Shown here one piece after another: positions 1 to 11,165 of a stretch of 64,000 nt of DNA. The notes under the pieces are model-generated. The model was given only the letters and a program-made list of their open reading frames with translations. It was not told the DNA's origin and ran no database searches. The stretch's first letter is position 1; each line of letters starts with the position of its first letter. The position numbers and the translations under genes were made by a program. This DNA is from Selaginella moellendorffii (taxonomy: Eukaryota; Plantae; Lycopodiophyta): contig NW_003314266.1 of assembly GCF_000143415.4 (NCBI RefSeq), positions 382,733-446,732 of the forward strand, given 5' to 3'.

Positions 1-1811
1 GAGTATATGCCTTCCCATGTTCCTCGCACTTCATAAAATCTGGACACGTGCAAGAAGGAAAGTCGTGAATGGCAATTGTGTACTCTCCACCCTCTGTTTT
101 GACTATGTACTCCTTTGCAAGCGCAATGATGTACTTCGTGGAGAGAATCTCACACTCAAGTGTTTGAGCCAAGTTTATTTTACCCTGTTTTTGCTTGGAG
201 ACGGTACCAATAAATTTAACTACCTTACCTTTTCGTGCTAGCCTCATGTGCATCTCTGTAGGAATAGTCTTGGTTCTGTCACTTATGTCTCCAACTCTCT
301 TCTCAAGATTAAAACTAAATTTCTCAAGGTTTTCAATCTCATCCGAGGTGAGCACAACCCCATTAGCAACTGGCGATTCTTTAGGTACTATATCAAGTTT
401 AGTCACTATAGTGTCTTCAAGCCGCTTCGTATGGTTAGCGTTGGTGTTGCAACAATATAGCCAGCACCATTTCGAAAATCCTACTTGTTTTGTTCCCCAT
501 AGAAACATGGGGCTGGAAAAGAAGCAGGTTTGTCACCACGAATCTAGGCCTAACACTTGCCCCTCGAAAGCATCCCCACACACTTTACATTCAATTTTGC
601 TAGCATATGTCAGATTGCCTATTGCTTTGGCTCCACACTACAATAAGCAATTTTAACCTGTTGCGATGCACTCTCTTCATCAGCCACTTGAGGTGGCTCG
701 GTCCGAGAGCGGTGTCTTGGAGCAAAATGGTACTCGACATCAGGCCTGTGAGAGCTTTTCGCTCCAAGGTTTATACCAACATTTTCTCTAACAAAGGAAA
801 AACGATGCTTTGAGTGGACAATCTTTATATCACCAATAAAAGCTCAGAGAGTGTACTCCATAGATATGCCACGGACCACTTCTTTAATTGTAGTTGCCAT
901 TTTTCGGGTGGGTGGAATTAATTTTCTCTTCATCCTATCATATAACATCTCAACAGAAGGCCTTATTCCCATGTATCTTCTTTCCTCCAATGCTAGCACT
1001 TTTGAAGATTGTTCTATAGCACATATCAAATTTGATAGATAGGCTTCATATAGACTCATCGTCCCTTTCCCTGCCTTAAAGGAACACCAACTCCAGTGCT
1101 GACTTTCGGAGAGATTCACAGTTGGGGTGTATGCGAGGTCCTCAAGTGGTTGATCCTAATGGAAAAGGCAATATTAAAAGGTAATAAAATGAGAAAAAAA
1201 AATAGAAACCAACCTAAAAAGAGTGATGGCCCTACTAGAACATCATAACTTCCCACAAGCTAGGTGCAGGTTGTACTCCTCATAGTAAGTCCTGCAAGTT
1301 AGCCTTGTTTAGTTGAGTCTTTTGACAACTTGAATTGAGTAAAGTGTTTGCAATAAAATCCTTGAGGACGGTCTTCTGAACATGTTTCGGAGTTGCAGAT
1401 GAGTTTCTTATAGTCTCTTCTTGCACAGCATCTTTGAAACAATTGAGAGAACTTCTTTGTATTCCTTCCTACATTGGATGCATATGTGTGCCAACATGCA
1501 CTACAACTCTTCCAGACACTCCATCCCATGGAAGAAAGTAGTACATCTTGGCCTTGTAGATAGCATGACATAAAGGAGTATTTTTGTAGAATCGACACTT
1601 GAATCCAACAGCAATGGTGTCACAGGCTGGAGGATTGACTGCAGACCCTTCGAAAAATATATAATTTCTACAACGGTCTCGATTGCATGCTTCATCCACA
1701 CAATCTAAATGCCCGCCTCAATGAACTATAGACACTGTGCCTTCAAAATGTTGGAAGTGTGTGGTCTTGATCTTGCACCAATTGTGGACATTTTACTTGG
1801 TTTCCATCCAT
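1..1811 (-). pseudogene. Distal part of a degenerate GCM/MULE/SWIM-type transposase-like gene (outer element); continues off the window's left edge
   Basis: Minus-strand translation gives a SWIM zinc finger at 1-120 (EYTIAIHDFPSCTCPDF...KAYT), an NLSESQH motif resembling the catalytic-E region at ~1100, and a Cys/His-rich GCM-like segment at 1470-1800 (HNWCKIKTT...GHLDC...C...HVGTHMHP). Many stops and frameshifts. Confidence 0.65.
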
Positions 1812-1833
1812 GCTCTATTTCGTTAAAGTGGGA
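1812..1833 (+). repeat. Left terminal inverted repeat GCTCTATTTCGTTAAAGTGGGA
   Basis: Exact reverse complement of 17188-17209; identical to 61757-61778. Confidence 0.92.
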
Positions 1834-2469
1834 TTTATTCAGTAAAATGGGACTAGGTACAAATTTTCAAGTATTTGAAAATGACGTGAAATTATATGTT
1901 TTTTATCCAGGGGCTAGACATATCTGGGGCATGGTGACTAGCGCGGTGACTTTATGTCCAGACTGAGTCCATCTGGTTGTATAATAAATCTCATTGTCAA
2001 GGTGAACAAGCCGAATCTGAAGCTAAAGAAGAGCGATGGCATGCGCGCACACACTATTTGTTTGTTCATTGAACGTGTGGTGAGCTTTCCAAGATGAACG
2101 TCATTCCTATTAGCCAGACATATAACTTAATGGTGAGAACATTTAGATATTATTCAATGTTATCTTTTTCTAACGAATCTAATTGTGAAGGTGTAGCAAG
2201 AGGCATTGCTAGTCTGGAGAAGTCATTTAACTCATTTGACCCTTAGTGTATTTTCATGAAACTAAATAACATTCATATTATTAAGGAATTTCTCTAGTAC
2301 CTTTTTTTTACGACATAGAGGCTTGCATTTCTTTCAAAGGTGATTTAGTAAAAGGCCTGAGGGCACATGCCATTCTATTTCTCAGACCGGTATTAAGATA
2401 TACTAGTGCAAAGGGAAAAATGTATTTGGTGATCAAGTAAATGGCATGAGGGCACACGCCATTATAAGC

Positions 2470-2728
2470 CTAAGCGCTAGTGGACACCTCCTTTTTGGTA
2501 CTCTTAGCAGTACTATCATCCTTCTCCGGGTCAGTTGTTTTGCTTTGGATTGTTGTCTCTGACGTTACTAGGGCGTTCTCGATAGTTGTTAATGTTGCCG
2601 TTTGTTCAGAAAAATGATCACCTGGAGTATAGTACGGGGAGTTTGGAAGACTTATATATTCTACATCTTCACCTATCTCCTTCTCCATCTCCTTTTCTGC
2701 CTCACTTACAGATTTTGTGCTTGCCATG
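2470..2728 (-). CDS. Small acidic Ser/Thr-rich ORF (~85 aa from MASTK), unknown function, carried by the inner element
   Basis: Shares SLPxSPYYT...ENAxVTSETTxQxK with ORF 30151-30465; conservation between diverged copies supports a real coding region. Confidence 0.55.
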
Positions 2729-3396
2729 AGAACGCTCTTCACCCTAAAATATGGAGTTCGTTGTGTTATAAAAGGAAACCAACACACTCGCTGCAAGGGA
2801 ATGATGGTACATAAAGCACGTAAGCCCACAATATGGGTTTATGTGCCATTAATATGGGCCACACGCCATATTATTAGATTTATGCACGTGTGATTGGTAA
2901 ATGCATATGTCACATCATCTTTGTTTTACCTCACACACTATATCAGGCCTAATGAACCATATCATATGTGCGCACATGCTATATATATGGAGAAGTATTA
3001 TGCAAGGATAGAAATTCAATGCATGATTGTGGAGAGCAATGGCATGAAGCCACATGCTAAATAACATTTTAGAGAAAGAATTAAAATAAAAACATGCAAA
3101 CAGTACTAAGTGGACCAAGACTTAGAAGTGCACAGTTGAATGAGGTATTTCTAATAAATACTTCACTCACCTCATATAGGAATGGCTACCACTCTCAAAT
3201 GGCGTATCGCCTCATGCCATCACCTCGCAATTTGTTATAACAATCCGATGAATTCATATTCGGCTTGTTCACCTTGAACTTTAAGTAAGATTTGCTAGAA
3301 CAACTAAGAATTTATACTTGTTATTTGTATCATCTCACCTAGGAATGGCGTAAGGCCACATGCCATCACGCCTCCTCTGATTCAGATTCGGATTGT

Positions 3397-6300
3397 TCAC
3401 CTTAAAATAAAATACATTAGAAACTTAGTAAAGGAATATTCATGAATCTCACCTTGAACCCGGGTTATGAATGCTCTTGCTGCATCTCTTGCATGGTCTG
3501 GCAAGGTGATGGTGGCACTCTGCTTCCGCATCCAACCATGCACAACATTATCCACCGATATGCTCATGCTAGGATCCCTTGGATTCAGCACCCATCTCTT
3601 TTCTAGGCAATCGTTCGTATATCCGGAACTTGGCTTGAACCACTCCACAGTTACATTGAAGGAGTTAGTTTCCACGTCCTCCTCTGCATCAGTGATGCAG
3701 CGCCCCACCCATATCATTTGTTTTTTATTACTGGGTCTGACAAGCACGACCATTCCTTTGCAGACCTGTACTGGATTGAATGCTGAATTCAGCTTCTTGT
3801 TCCTCGGCCCACAATAGTGATCCTCAACATCGTTATCTGTCACTGCATTTCCAGAGGACATTGTTCCGCTACTATCTGGTGCTCTGGGTTCTGGCCAAAA
3901 GGACTCTTCCAATTCTTCATATACAACCGGCCCATTTTGGATAGCAGATATAATCTTCTCCCAGTATTCGAGCAAAAGCTTGCACCTCTGAAAATAGGAT
4001 TCTCCACCAAACACCAACCCCCTCTTCTAGAAGGCAATATGCTGTCTAATCCCGGCCACTATACTTTCCTGGTCTTTGAGTCCATCCGGGTGCATCGGCC
4101 GTGGGGAACCCTGAGGAATCATAGGTTCCCCAGTTATGGGATCTCTCTTGAAGAGTTCAATGCCGTCCACTGGCAGCCACACTGTGTCCCATTCTCTCAT
4201 CTTGTACCTCATCACTGGAGCACCGTCACACATGCTGAAATGAAACTGAAGAGGCTTGGAGTGGCCAATCAGCGTTTCGGATCCGTCCCTGATGTAGCCT
4301 CTTACAAACCCCTTAAAGTCTGGAACCTCTGTCAGAAGTGCAGCTTCAACAGTGCCTTTGATGCAATTTTGGAATTCATAGTAGAGTTGTGGGAGGGTGA
4401 GGACATTGGATCGCCGGAGGGACTCTGCCAGGTGACTGAACATGGCATCGACGTCTTCATGAGTGTGCCCAACCATGAGAAAGCCAAGTGTAACCGTTTC
4501 AAATATGCCTTTGGCAACAAGCATCACCAAGTACGCGAAGACGTACATGTTTTTGTTCTCACTGCCAGCATTGTCTGTTTGGAGCAGAAGATGGGGTGGA
4601 AGGCCACATCGGCCGCAAGAACTTCCTTGAGATTCTGCTTCGTTTGGATGAGGTTGTGCATTCACCGGGCGACCAGCCTCGTCAGAATGGCATGAGGCCT
4701 CACCTGATAACCCTACAATCTGACGGCCAACATATTCACTGGGATGGCATGGGGCCCCACGCGATACTGCAAGCCTTTGCTCCTCCTCCAGCTGAACCCT
4801 GTATGGGGTTCGATCGACAAGGGCTTTATGCAAGGGTTGGCCGTTCAGCTCAGTCTGCGCACTTTGCAGAGACCTTAAGTGTTTTGCTAGGGACGCAATC
4901 ATCATGTTTGCACCCCCGCCACCCCATAGAGGTACAAAGAAGTTCCCATAGTTCTGGGCACCATGCCCATGAGCGATTATGCCAAACAGAGACACAGGCA
5001 GCTGCATGGATGAAGAGATTGCCTTGGGGGCAGGATTGAGTCGAGGTAAGCACGTCTTTTTCTGGTCCATTTTGTCGTGGATGATGCAGAGGTAAGAGTC
5101 AGGTCTCTCCATGGAGAGAATCCTGTTATGATAATATGCAGTCCTGCAGCTTCTCTGCTCGATGTTGTGGTCGAGCCGCCTTCTAACCAACGTCTCTCGC
5201 TCTTGAGCGCTGCAAGAATTCTTCGACAAAGCCATTTTGATAGCAGTGCATTCGTCACGCTGGAGTACTTTCCTATACTCACATCCCTGAACCTGTTGCT
5301 CCACAATCTACTAAATCTAGATTGGCTCAGCTTCCTGTAGCCATTACTCTGGAGTTCCCGATTCACATCTTCCAATATGGCCCCCTTGGTATACATGGAA
5401 GGGAGAACTCGTTGGGTGTCTCGTGTTCCATCTTCCAAGAGGTGGGTTTTATGTGGTTGCTGCTCGCTACATGTCTCGACAAACCTCTTGAAGATTGCCT
5501 CTCCATATACAACATGACCCCTGGTTTTGTGCGTACCGTCGTTCCCATGGACTGCCTGTTGAACCCTTTGTTCCTTGAACTCAGTTTTGATTCTGTAGAA
5601 TGTGGTTCGAGGGACTCCATAAATGATTCTCCATGCCTTCATGCAGACCAAACCCCTCTGGAAGACCATGCCCCCCACCTGATGTTCTGAAGCATCAACA
5701 AATGACCGTAATGCCTCATACACAAAATTGCGAGCTGCCTTCCAGGACAATGTTTTGTATCTTGCTCTCTCCTCTTCAATAGCATCCCAATCAGCATGTT
5801 GACAGCACCTCCTCTTGCAACAAGCAACTGTCGAGACCATTCGAACCTCCATCGCCATTTTCTGCCTTTTCGGTTCATTGCTCAGATCCCTTTGGCTGCG
5901 CTTTAGGAAGGTGTACTTTCTTTTCCCATGAAGAGATGTTCTGTCATCAGTTGTAGTGGTGTTTGATTGTGAATCCTTCACATTCTCAAACACTAAGTGC
6001 CTCAATTTCCACCGCACAATGCTTCCAATAGTCAGACTGTTTTCTTCTGTGTCAACAACCTCTAAAATCACAACTCCAATATCATCCCAGCCCAATTCTT
6101 GATTAGCAACCGCATCTCTTGGATCGACAACTGTGGCTAAGCCCTCAGCTACCACCTCCCCCTCGGGGTTGTTTAGAAACACCTTCGCCTGAATCCATGT
6201 AGCACGGTTCTTAAGATCCACGGAGGGAACATGCGTCGCACTTGCGCTGTCCCCAACATCTGCTTTCTTCTGAAGATTTTTCAAGGCAACAACAACATTT

Positions 6301-6497
6301 ACCCCGACGACCATCTCTCCTCGTTCAATAGCGACCACATTCCCATCGAAGACAGTCTCTACTGATACAGCAGCATTGCCTTCCCCAAGCCTTTCACAGT
6401 GTATAACAAAGTTCCGATCCATAGACACAAGGGTCCCTTTTGCAACTCTCTTCCCACCATTCAAAATGTAAACCTTTTCCCCAACCCTGAAGGCCAT
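3397..6497 (-). pseudogene. Sola-like/DUF7869-type DDD transposase, disabled by one frameshift (~5260) and one nonsense codon (4027-4029)
   Basis: ORFs 4977-6497, 4027-5304 and 3397-4017 join into one protein. It has two N-terminal Tnp1/En-Spm-like SH3-type repeats (VAxG...LG), CCKRRC and VCMKAWRIIYGV motifs, and candidate catalytic motifs IIHDKMD, LQTDNAGSENKN and FLMVGHTHEDVD. The TAG at 4027 is in frame with the next ORF (likely TGG>TAG). C-terminal Tudor/SH3-like segment. Confidence 0.8.
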
Positions 6498-6863
6498 TCT
6501 GAAAGTGCAGAAAAGAAATTAAGACCATACAAAAAATGATTGGAGAATGGCCTAAATCATAACATACCAAACAACCTCAATAGCATGAGGCCACATGTCA
6601 TTATTCAAACATGCTATTGACACCCACGTGAAATTTCGCATTCACAAAATTGGCATGAGGCCTCATGCCATCTTGATATACACACAGCTGCAGGCAAGTA
6701 AAAACATACATGACAATACGCTAGCCATGAAATTGCAAGGGCCCAAGATGGCATGTGGCCTCATGCCATTTCTAAATGTGGTCCTAAGCCATTCCATGGT
6801 GAACATACCAGGAAGCACAAATGCCGAATATCAAGAGGAAGCGGTAGCCACACCAAAGACAGT

Positions 6864-6990
6864 GCCGCTCGCAACACCGCAACTACTCGTAGCGCCGCTC
6901 GCAACACCGCAACTGCTCGTAGCGCCGCTCGCACAAACTGCCACTCGCATAAACTGCCGCTCGCAATGGCGCTCGCAATGCCGCAACCGC
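6864..6990. repeat. GC-rich 30-bp tandem repeat (~2.5 units plus degenerate copies) upstream of the transposase
   Basis: gccgctcgcaacaccgcaactRctcgtagc at 6864 and 6894, partial copy at 6924. Confidence 0.8.
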
Positions 6991-7770
6991 TCGTAGACGC
7001 ATAAACCACAGCCCACAACGCCGCTTACACAAGCAGCGCTCACTGCGCTCAGCGGAACCAAGAACACGGCGCACAAAAAGGATAGACCTAGGAATGAGTT
7101 CGAGAATTCAAAAATAACACACGCTTGAACGTCACATCAAATCCTCTGACAAACCAGATCTTATGACTCCTCTGACAAATTTCAAACTGAGTAGCTTCTA
7201 GACTTTGGTGTCGGAGGTTGAACTTTGTCACATCATGTCCTTGCCTCGATCCAGCTGTGCCATGTCAGTGATTCGAACTTTGCCATGCCATGTCAGCGAT
7301 CCGCGCCAAGATTATTCGCCGTGTAAAGGAATAATTATGCTGTGTGTGTACGTCCATTTATGGCAATATAAGGCCACACGCCATTCAAAGAATAATGCTA
7401 GTCGAGCATTTTTTGGTGCATTTTTGGGTTCAAAATTGCATGAGCCCACACGCTATAAAGTTTACCTGTACCAAAAATAGAAACAACTTTATTTACTTGG
7501 GAATTTAAGAGGTTGAGGCATTTTTAAACTTACAAACACATGCCCTACTTACATTCCTTTGGTTGCTTAAAATTCAAAAATATTATAAACCTTTCTTTTT
7601 GCATTTTCAATGTTTTCAATTATGGTTTTTGATTTTCGTAGGACCAGCCTAGTAATCTATTTGCATCCCGTCATGTTTATAGCTAGCTTTCGTTTGTCCC
7701 CTTCGCTAGCTTGAGATACATCTGCTCGGCATCTGCCTCTTACAGCATTTGCCCAGAAAGGGCATCTTTC

Positions 7771-8845
7771 TGTAAGCGACTAAATTTTCCATTCTACTTT
7801 AGTCACTTAACCACAACTCTGACCACTTGGAGGAGTCTCATTCACAACCTCCATGAGTCCAATCCAGGACTTGGGACTTGCTAGCCCCGAGAATGGCATC
7901 CATGCCACTCAACATTTGCACTTGGTCCAAGTGCTCCACGTGTCCAATCCCATGACCGACACTCAAAGGTACCACCGACATAGCAGCCCGTTACGCTAAG
8001 GCCATGCTCAATCACCTTTGCCACACTGGTAGTCCAATACCACTTGCATCACCGTCTTGGCTCTCCAAGACTAGGCAAACCATCCGTGAGTGGTCATCTC
8101 AGATCCACTCCTTAGCATCCTTAGGATGCCCACCGACAAGGGGAATAGCCTTCCCCAATATCCCTCTGTCAGTCCCCACTAAGTCCCTTCCTGCCCCTAG
8201 CCGTGTTTGCCAACACTGCCACTGGATCGAGACCCACAGGCCCGACCACTAAGTCCCACGGCCCTCTGGGACTTCCTCACCACACGACTGTGTCCTTGGT
8301 CACTACCCCAGAGGACTGCTCCTCTTCCTTTCCACAGTCTGGGCCTTTGGGACAACATTTCGGAACACCGTGGCCTTACGCGAGCCACCTGGGTACTCTC
8401 CTCGCCTTCTGTCCTTGGGTGCTCTAGCCATGGGCTTAGAGCGGGTTCCGTTGAGCCACGACAGGTATCCAAGTAGGTAGTGCCACCCACACTTGGACTG
8501 GGAGCATCGGCCAGTCGATCTCCTGGGGGAACTAGAGCCGGCTCTTGAACACTTCACCAAGCTACCCCGCTTGTCGGTCTGTGTTCACTCTAGTCTTGGA
8601 CTTCCCAGTGGGCAGCTCATCACCCAACACTGGGTCCGGCCTTCCTGGGCCAAACTGGCCTTTCCTGGCCAAACTGGCTCCACTGCAGTCCTCCCCCTAC
8701 TATACTTTTGGAGCTCACCAAACCCCCCAGGGTCTGGGAGACGAACGCTTTGGGCTTTCACCCTCTCAGGCTCCGGACTCGGATTCGGACTCGGACTCGG
8801 GCTCGGGCTCGGTCTCGGCCTCGGCCTCGGTCTCGGTCTCGGTCC

Positions 8846-8886
<41 letters not shown>

Positions 8887-9515
8887 CCGGTCTCGGTCTC
8901 CACTTCGGACTCCATCTCGGACTCCATCTCGGACTCCATCTCGGACTCCATCTCGGACTCCATCTCGGGTCCATCTCGGGTCCATCTCGGACTCCATCTC
9001 GGACTCCATCTCGGACTCCATCTCGGACTCCATCTCGGGTCCATCTCGGGTCCATCTCGGACTCCATCTCGGGTCCATCTCGGACTCCATCTCGGACTCC
9101 ATTTCGGGTCCATCTCGGGTCCACCTTGGACTCCACTTCGGACTCTAACTCGGACTCCAACTCGGGTCCATCTCAGACTCCACTTCGGACTCCAACTCGG
9201 GTCCATCTCGGACTCCACTTCGGACTCCAACTCGGGTCCATCTCGGACTCCACTTCGGACTCCAACTTGAGTCCATCTCGGACACTCCCACGTGTCATGT
9301 GTTGGTCCTTTTGGGTCCCTTTTTGGAGCCTCGCCTTTTGCTCGCTTCGTGCTCGTTCCTTGAGCACTTCGTTGGGAGTTCCACTCCCGCTCTTGACTTT
9401 TCAAGTCGGAGCTTTTGGTTCAAACGTGTTACGCTCGTTTGGCTCTCGCTTCGGCCACTACCATATGGCGCCCTTTCCGGCTCCACTTTGGGGCCTAGGG
9501 ATTTTGTGTCTCACA
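7771..9515 (-). mobile_element. Solo LTR (1745 bp) nested in the DNA transposon
   Basis: TG...CA termini with a perfect 5-bp TSD CTTTC (7766-7770 and 9516-9520). Reverse-complement homologue of the LTR at 32064-33797, which is followed by a PBS. Confidence 0.9.
8775..9285. repeat. (CTCGGT)n / (CTCGGACTCCAT)n minisatellite inside the LTR
   Basis: Directly visible 6- and 12-bp units; source of the many low-complexity spurious ORFs. Confidence 0.9.
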
Positions 9516-9542
9516 CTTTCTTCACGCAGCATTTGCCACATG

Positions 9543-9568
9543 TTTAGGGTTTAGGGTTTAGGGTTTAG
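9543..9568 (+). repeat. Interstitial plant telomere motif (TTTAGGG)3
   Basis: tttagggtttagggtttagggtttag. Confidence 0.8.
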
Positions 9569-11165
9569 CAATTCAGTAGCTTGATAAACATGCAAATACA
9601 GAACTTGATGCAAAATCCTTTGATATGTCACAATGCCCCTAGGACCATAAACACATTTCAATAGAGAGGATCCTTTCATTTCATAACTCCTTACGTAGAT
9701 CTTGGTGAAACTAGAGTTAGTGAAGTTAGTTTCTTGTGATCCCGCATTTGATTGTGATGTCCCTTTGCAGTTTCGATGGAAAGGTCAATGCACACCAAAC
9801 TGTAAAATCTTGGAGCAAAATAACGGTCAGATCTATGGCAAATGCCCCTGAAACATTGTAAGGCTCGTGTGGTCTCATGTGGTGTCCGATTGAGATGCTT
9901 CTTTGCAGGGTCATCAAGAAAGACATTGTATACCATTCTGTAAAATCTAGTTGCGATCTAACGGTTGGATCTCCAGAAAACTCAAAAAAATCTCGTGCGT
10001 GTCAGAATATCCTAGGAATATACTCCTATGTGCCCCTGAAAATGGCATGCGGCCCCACGCCATTCAAGAGATAACACCAGATGACGCCGAGAATTTTTTG
10101 GTGCATTTTTTGGGTTCAAAATTGCATGAGCCCACACGCTATAAAGTTTATCTTTGCCAAATAGAGAAAAGTTTATTTGTGTCATGTGAGGTAGTTACAG
10201 TCCTTTGTGCTCGGCATCTGCCTCTTGCAGCATTTGCACTGAAAGGGAATTTTTCTCCATTCAGCATTTGGCCCTGAAAATGGCATGCGCCCACACGCCA
10301 TTCAAGGAATAACGCCACAGGACGCCTGGATTTTTGGGTTTAAAATGTTTAGGGTTTTTTGGGTTTTTTCAAAATATTTTGGGTCCAACGTTTTTTGGGT
10401 TTCTTTGGTTCAAAATTGCATGAGCCCACACGCTATAATATTGATTTGAGAGAAAAATAGAAACAGATAGAATTTCTTTATTTAGCTGAACATCTGCCAT
10501 TTTTGGAAATACAAGATGCTTTGGAATATCCAATCATGCATGGTATAAATATAGCGAGGGTATTAAATGATATCCCAATCATGATCTTTCTTTTGGATTT
10601 CGCGTGCATGCAGTCCGAGGAATGATGACATTGCGGATTTCTTTTGGATTTTGCGTGCTTGCATGCGCGCGGCAATCCAGAAATTAATGGTGGCGCCCAA
10701 GTCCGAGGAATGATGACGTGGCGGGATTACCAACCGTTGTGACATTTCGTGCGTGTGAGGTTAGGTTTTGCATTTTGCTTTGTACTCGCACTCGCACACT
10801 CGCGCTCGCGCTCGCATCACACTCGCGCTCCCGCTCGCATCGCGCTCCCACTCGCGATCACGCTCACTTCTCTACAGGTTTCTCGTGTGCATCGGCGTCC
10901 ACTCGCGCTTGCATCACACTCGCGCTCGCATCGCGCTCGTGTGCATCGGCGTCCACTTCAAGACACACCCAGTTTGTAACTTCGCCGCCAACTCCGCCGC
11001 CCACTCCGCCACCCACACGCAGCCCACTTGGCGTCCCGGGAGATTTCAGCACCACTCTCCAACTGTAAGTGGCAAAGTAGCCTTGCTGCTACGATCCGCT
11101 GCACACACAGTGCACATTCGCCAGCGAGTCCGGCCTCGATTGTCACGGCCTCCATTCGGCTTCAA

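Noticed and set aside
7893-7908. ATGGCATCCATGCCA in the solo LTR as a copy of the element palindrome
   Set aside because: It lacks the 6-bp spacer and belongs to the LTR family sequence.
8493-9554. 353-aa and overlapping RS/GL-rich ORFs as proteins (also at 32160-33006, 41196-41643 and 59761-60198)
   Set aside because: They arise from stop-free 6/12-bp minisatellites inside LTRs and are open in several frames.
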